From Oligoflexales bacterium (GTDB taxonomy: Bacteria > Bdellovibrionota_B > Oligoflexia > Oligoflexales > Bog-1112), in the NCBI GenBank assembly GCA_045105515.1, contig JBGCDR010000433.1, forward strand, positions 1 through 35,814: a DNA stretch of 35,814 bases. The letters run 5' to 3'. Of this stretch, positions 35,606-35,814 are shown one piece after another. The notes beneath the pieces are model-generated. The model searched no databases and was not told the origin of the DNA. It saw only the letters and a program-made list of their open reading frames with translations. Made by a program: the position numbers and the translations under genes. How positions within the stretch are numbered: the first letter of the stretch is position 1; each line of letters begins with the position of its first letter.

Positions 35606-35814
35606 TGACACACTCAGTCGCACAAAAGTGACCTACCCAGTCGCGTATGACCTGACCCAGGCAGTCATGACTTAATTGACCCACCCTGGCATCCCAGGAA
35701 TGTACTGCTGCCTAACATAGAAGCAGCAGTCAAACATGAAAAGTGAGGCTATGATCAAACGAGTTAAAGAGATGCACAAAAAAGGTTATCCAATCAGTAA
35801 AAGTGCGGATTCTC
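35606..35814 (+). mobile_element. Probable left end of an IS21-family insertion sequence, truncated by the window edge
   Basis: Three ~24-bp direct repeats CAGTC..TGACC(C/T)A, including AAAAGTGACC and AATTGACCCACC typical of IS21 ends. Local GC rises and an HTH-like ORF start follows. The exact terminal TG is uncertain. Confidence 0.55.
35736..35814 (+). CDS. N-terminal fragment of a putative IstA-like transposase (partial)
   Basis: MKSEAMIKRVKEMHKKGYPISKSADS, open to the window end. It resembles the HTH start 'I..L...G.SIS.IA' of transposases. Confidence 0.45.
   Translation, partial: MKSEAMIKRVKEMHKKGYPISKSADS

Overview
A gene-dense, mostly housekeeping stretch of a moderately AT-rich bacterial chromosome. 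The RomR-like regulator, delta-type RdgC, alpha2-type GlyRS and Zn-finger-less ClpX paralogue suggest Bdellovibrionota/Oligoflexia or a related former-deltaproteobacterial lineage (inference). About 31 complete CDS are supported: trpG/pabA, fadD, an ICMT/PEMT-family methyltransferase, rdgC-like, romR-like, nadC, a BirA fusion, thiI, lgt, a lysophospholipase-like hydrolase, an SLC13 symporter, cheW/cheA with a divergent MCP, a DAACS symporter, glyQS, a SAM methyltransferase, yhbY, a membrane metal-dependent hydrolase, ycgN, trmB-like, clpX-like, a J-domain protein, a DEAD-box helicase, uup and several hypotheticals. The probable left end of an IS21-like element lies at the right edge. I saw no rRNA, tRNA or CRISPR array, and no unambiguous new multi-gene system. 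The strongest leads are: (1) BirA fused to an apparently catalytically dead type III pantothenate kinase domain; (2) a stand-alone CheA(two CheW domains)/CheW/long-MCP module with back-to-back sigma28-like promoters, flanked by two cation symporters; (3) a ClpX paralogue with a tandem-duplicated small domain next to a J-domain protein; (4) a His-Asp pentapeptide array in the RomR-like linker; (5) a pseudo-receiver protein; (6) a TrmB-like enzyme with both conserved Asp changed to Asn. All family assignments come from motif recognition by eye, not from database searches.
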